Part shown: positions 64,000-64,000 of the stretch, piece by piece
Layout: every line of letters starts with the position of its first letter
How positions within the stretch are numbered: the stretch's first letter is position 1
Source: a virus
Virus record (IMG/VR): IMGVR_UViG_3300050501_000057
Reading direction: 5' to 3' (one strand)
DNA length: 64,000 nt
The notes under the pieces: model-generated
The model's database searches: none
Told to the model about the DNA's origin: nothing
Seen by the model: only the letters and a program-made list of their open reading frames with translations
Translations under genes and position numbers: made by a program

Positions 64000-64000
64000 G

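Noticed and set aside
1..64000. Stop-codon reassignment
   Set aside because: Core genes are intact in code 11 and end in TAA, TAG or TGA; long overlaps share no common candidate stop codon.

Overview
A 64-kb segment of a tailed dsDNA bacteriophage genome with podovirus-like organisation. No integrase or repressor is seen, and a beta-barrel gene plus lipoprotein point to a diderm host. Minus strand 1-15.6 kb: portal (truncated), large and small terminase, a 3278-aa multi-enzyme internal virion protein and a second putative ejection protein. Minus strand 15.7-24.1 kb: an early-type operon of small genes plus an SNF2/HARP-like helicase, behind a strong sigma70 promoter. About 24.1-26.7 kb: a divergent control region with perfect inverted repeats. 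Plus strand 26.7-50.9 kb: a ~2-kb RNA-dense locus, then RNA ligase, MazG fusion, macrodomain, primase-helicase, SSB-like protein, HNH, family A DNA polymerase, HD hydrolase, exonuclease-kinase fusion and resolvase. Minus strand 51-64 kb: lysis genes, outer-membrane barrel, Acb2/Tad1-like protein and tail genes, one with a C-terminal Hint domain. The most striking signal is non-coding. Two mutually homologous, covarying, pseudoknotted large RNA leaders sit directly behind the two divergent sigma70 promoters. The leftward one ends in an intact type III hammerhead ribozyme. The rightward one is followed by three cassettes closed by related long helices, two circularly permuted tRNA mimics and atypical tRNAs. 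GGCC, GGCT/AGCC and CATG appear to be avoided. All calls come from manual reading and motif recognition; no searches or folding programs were run.
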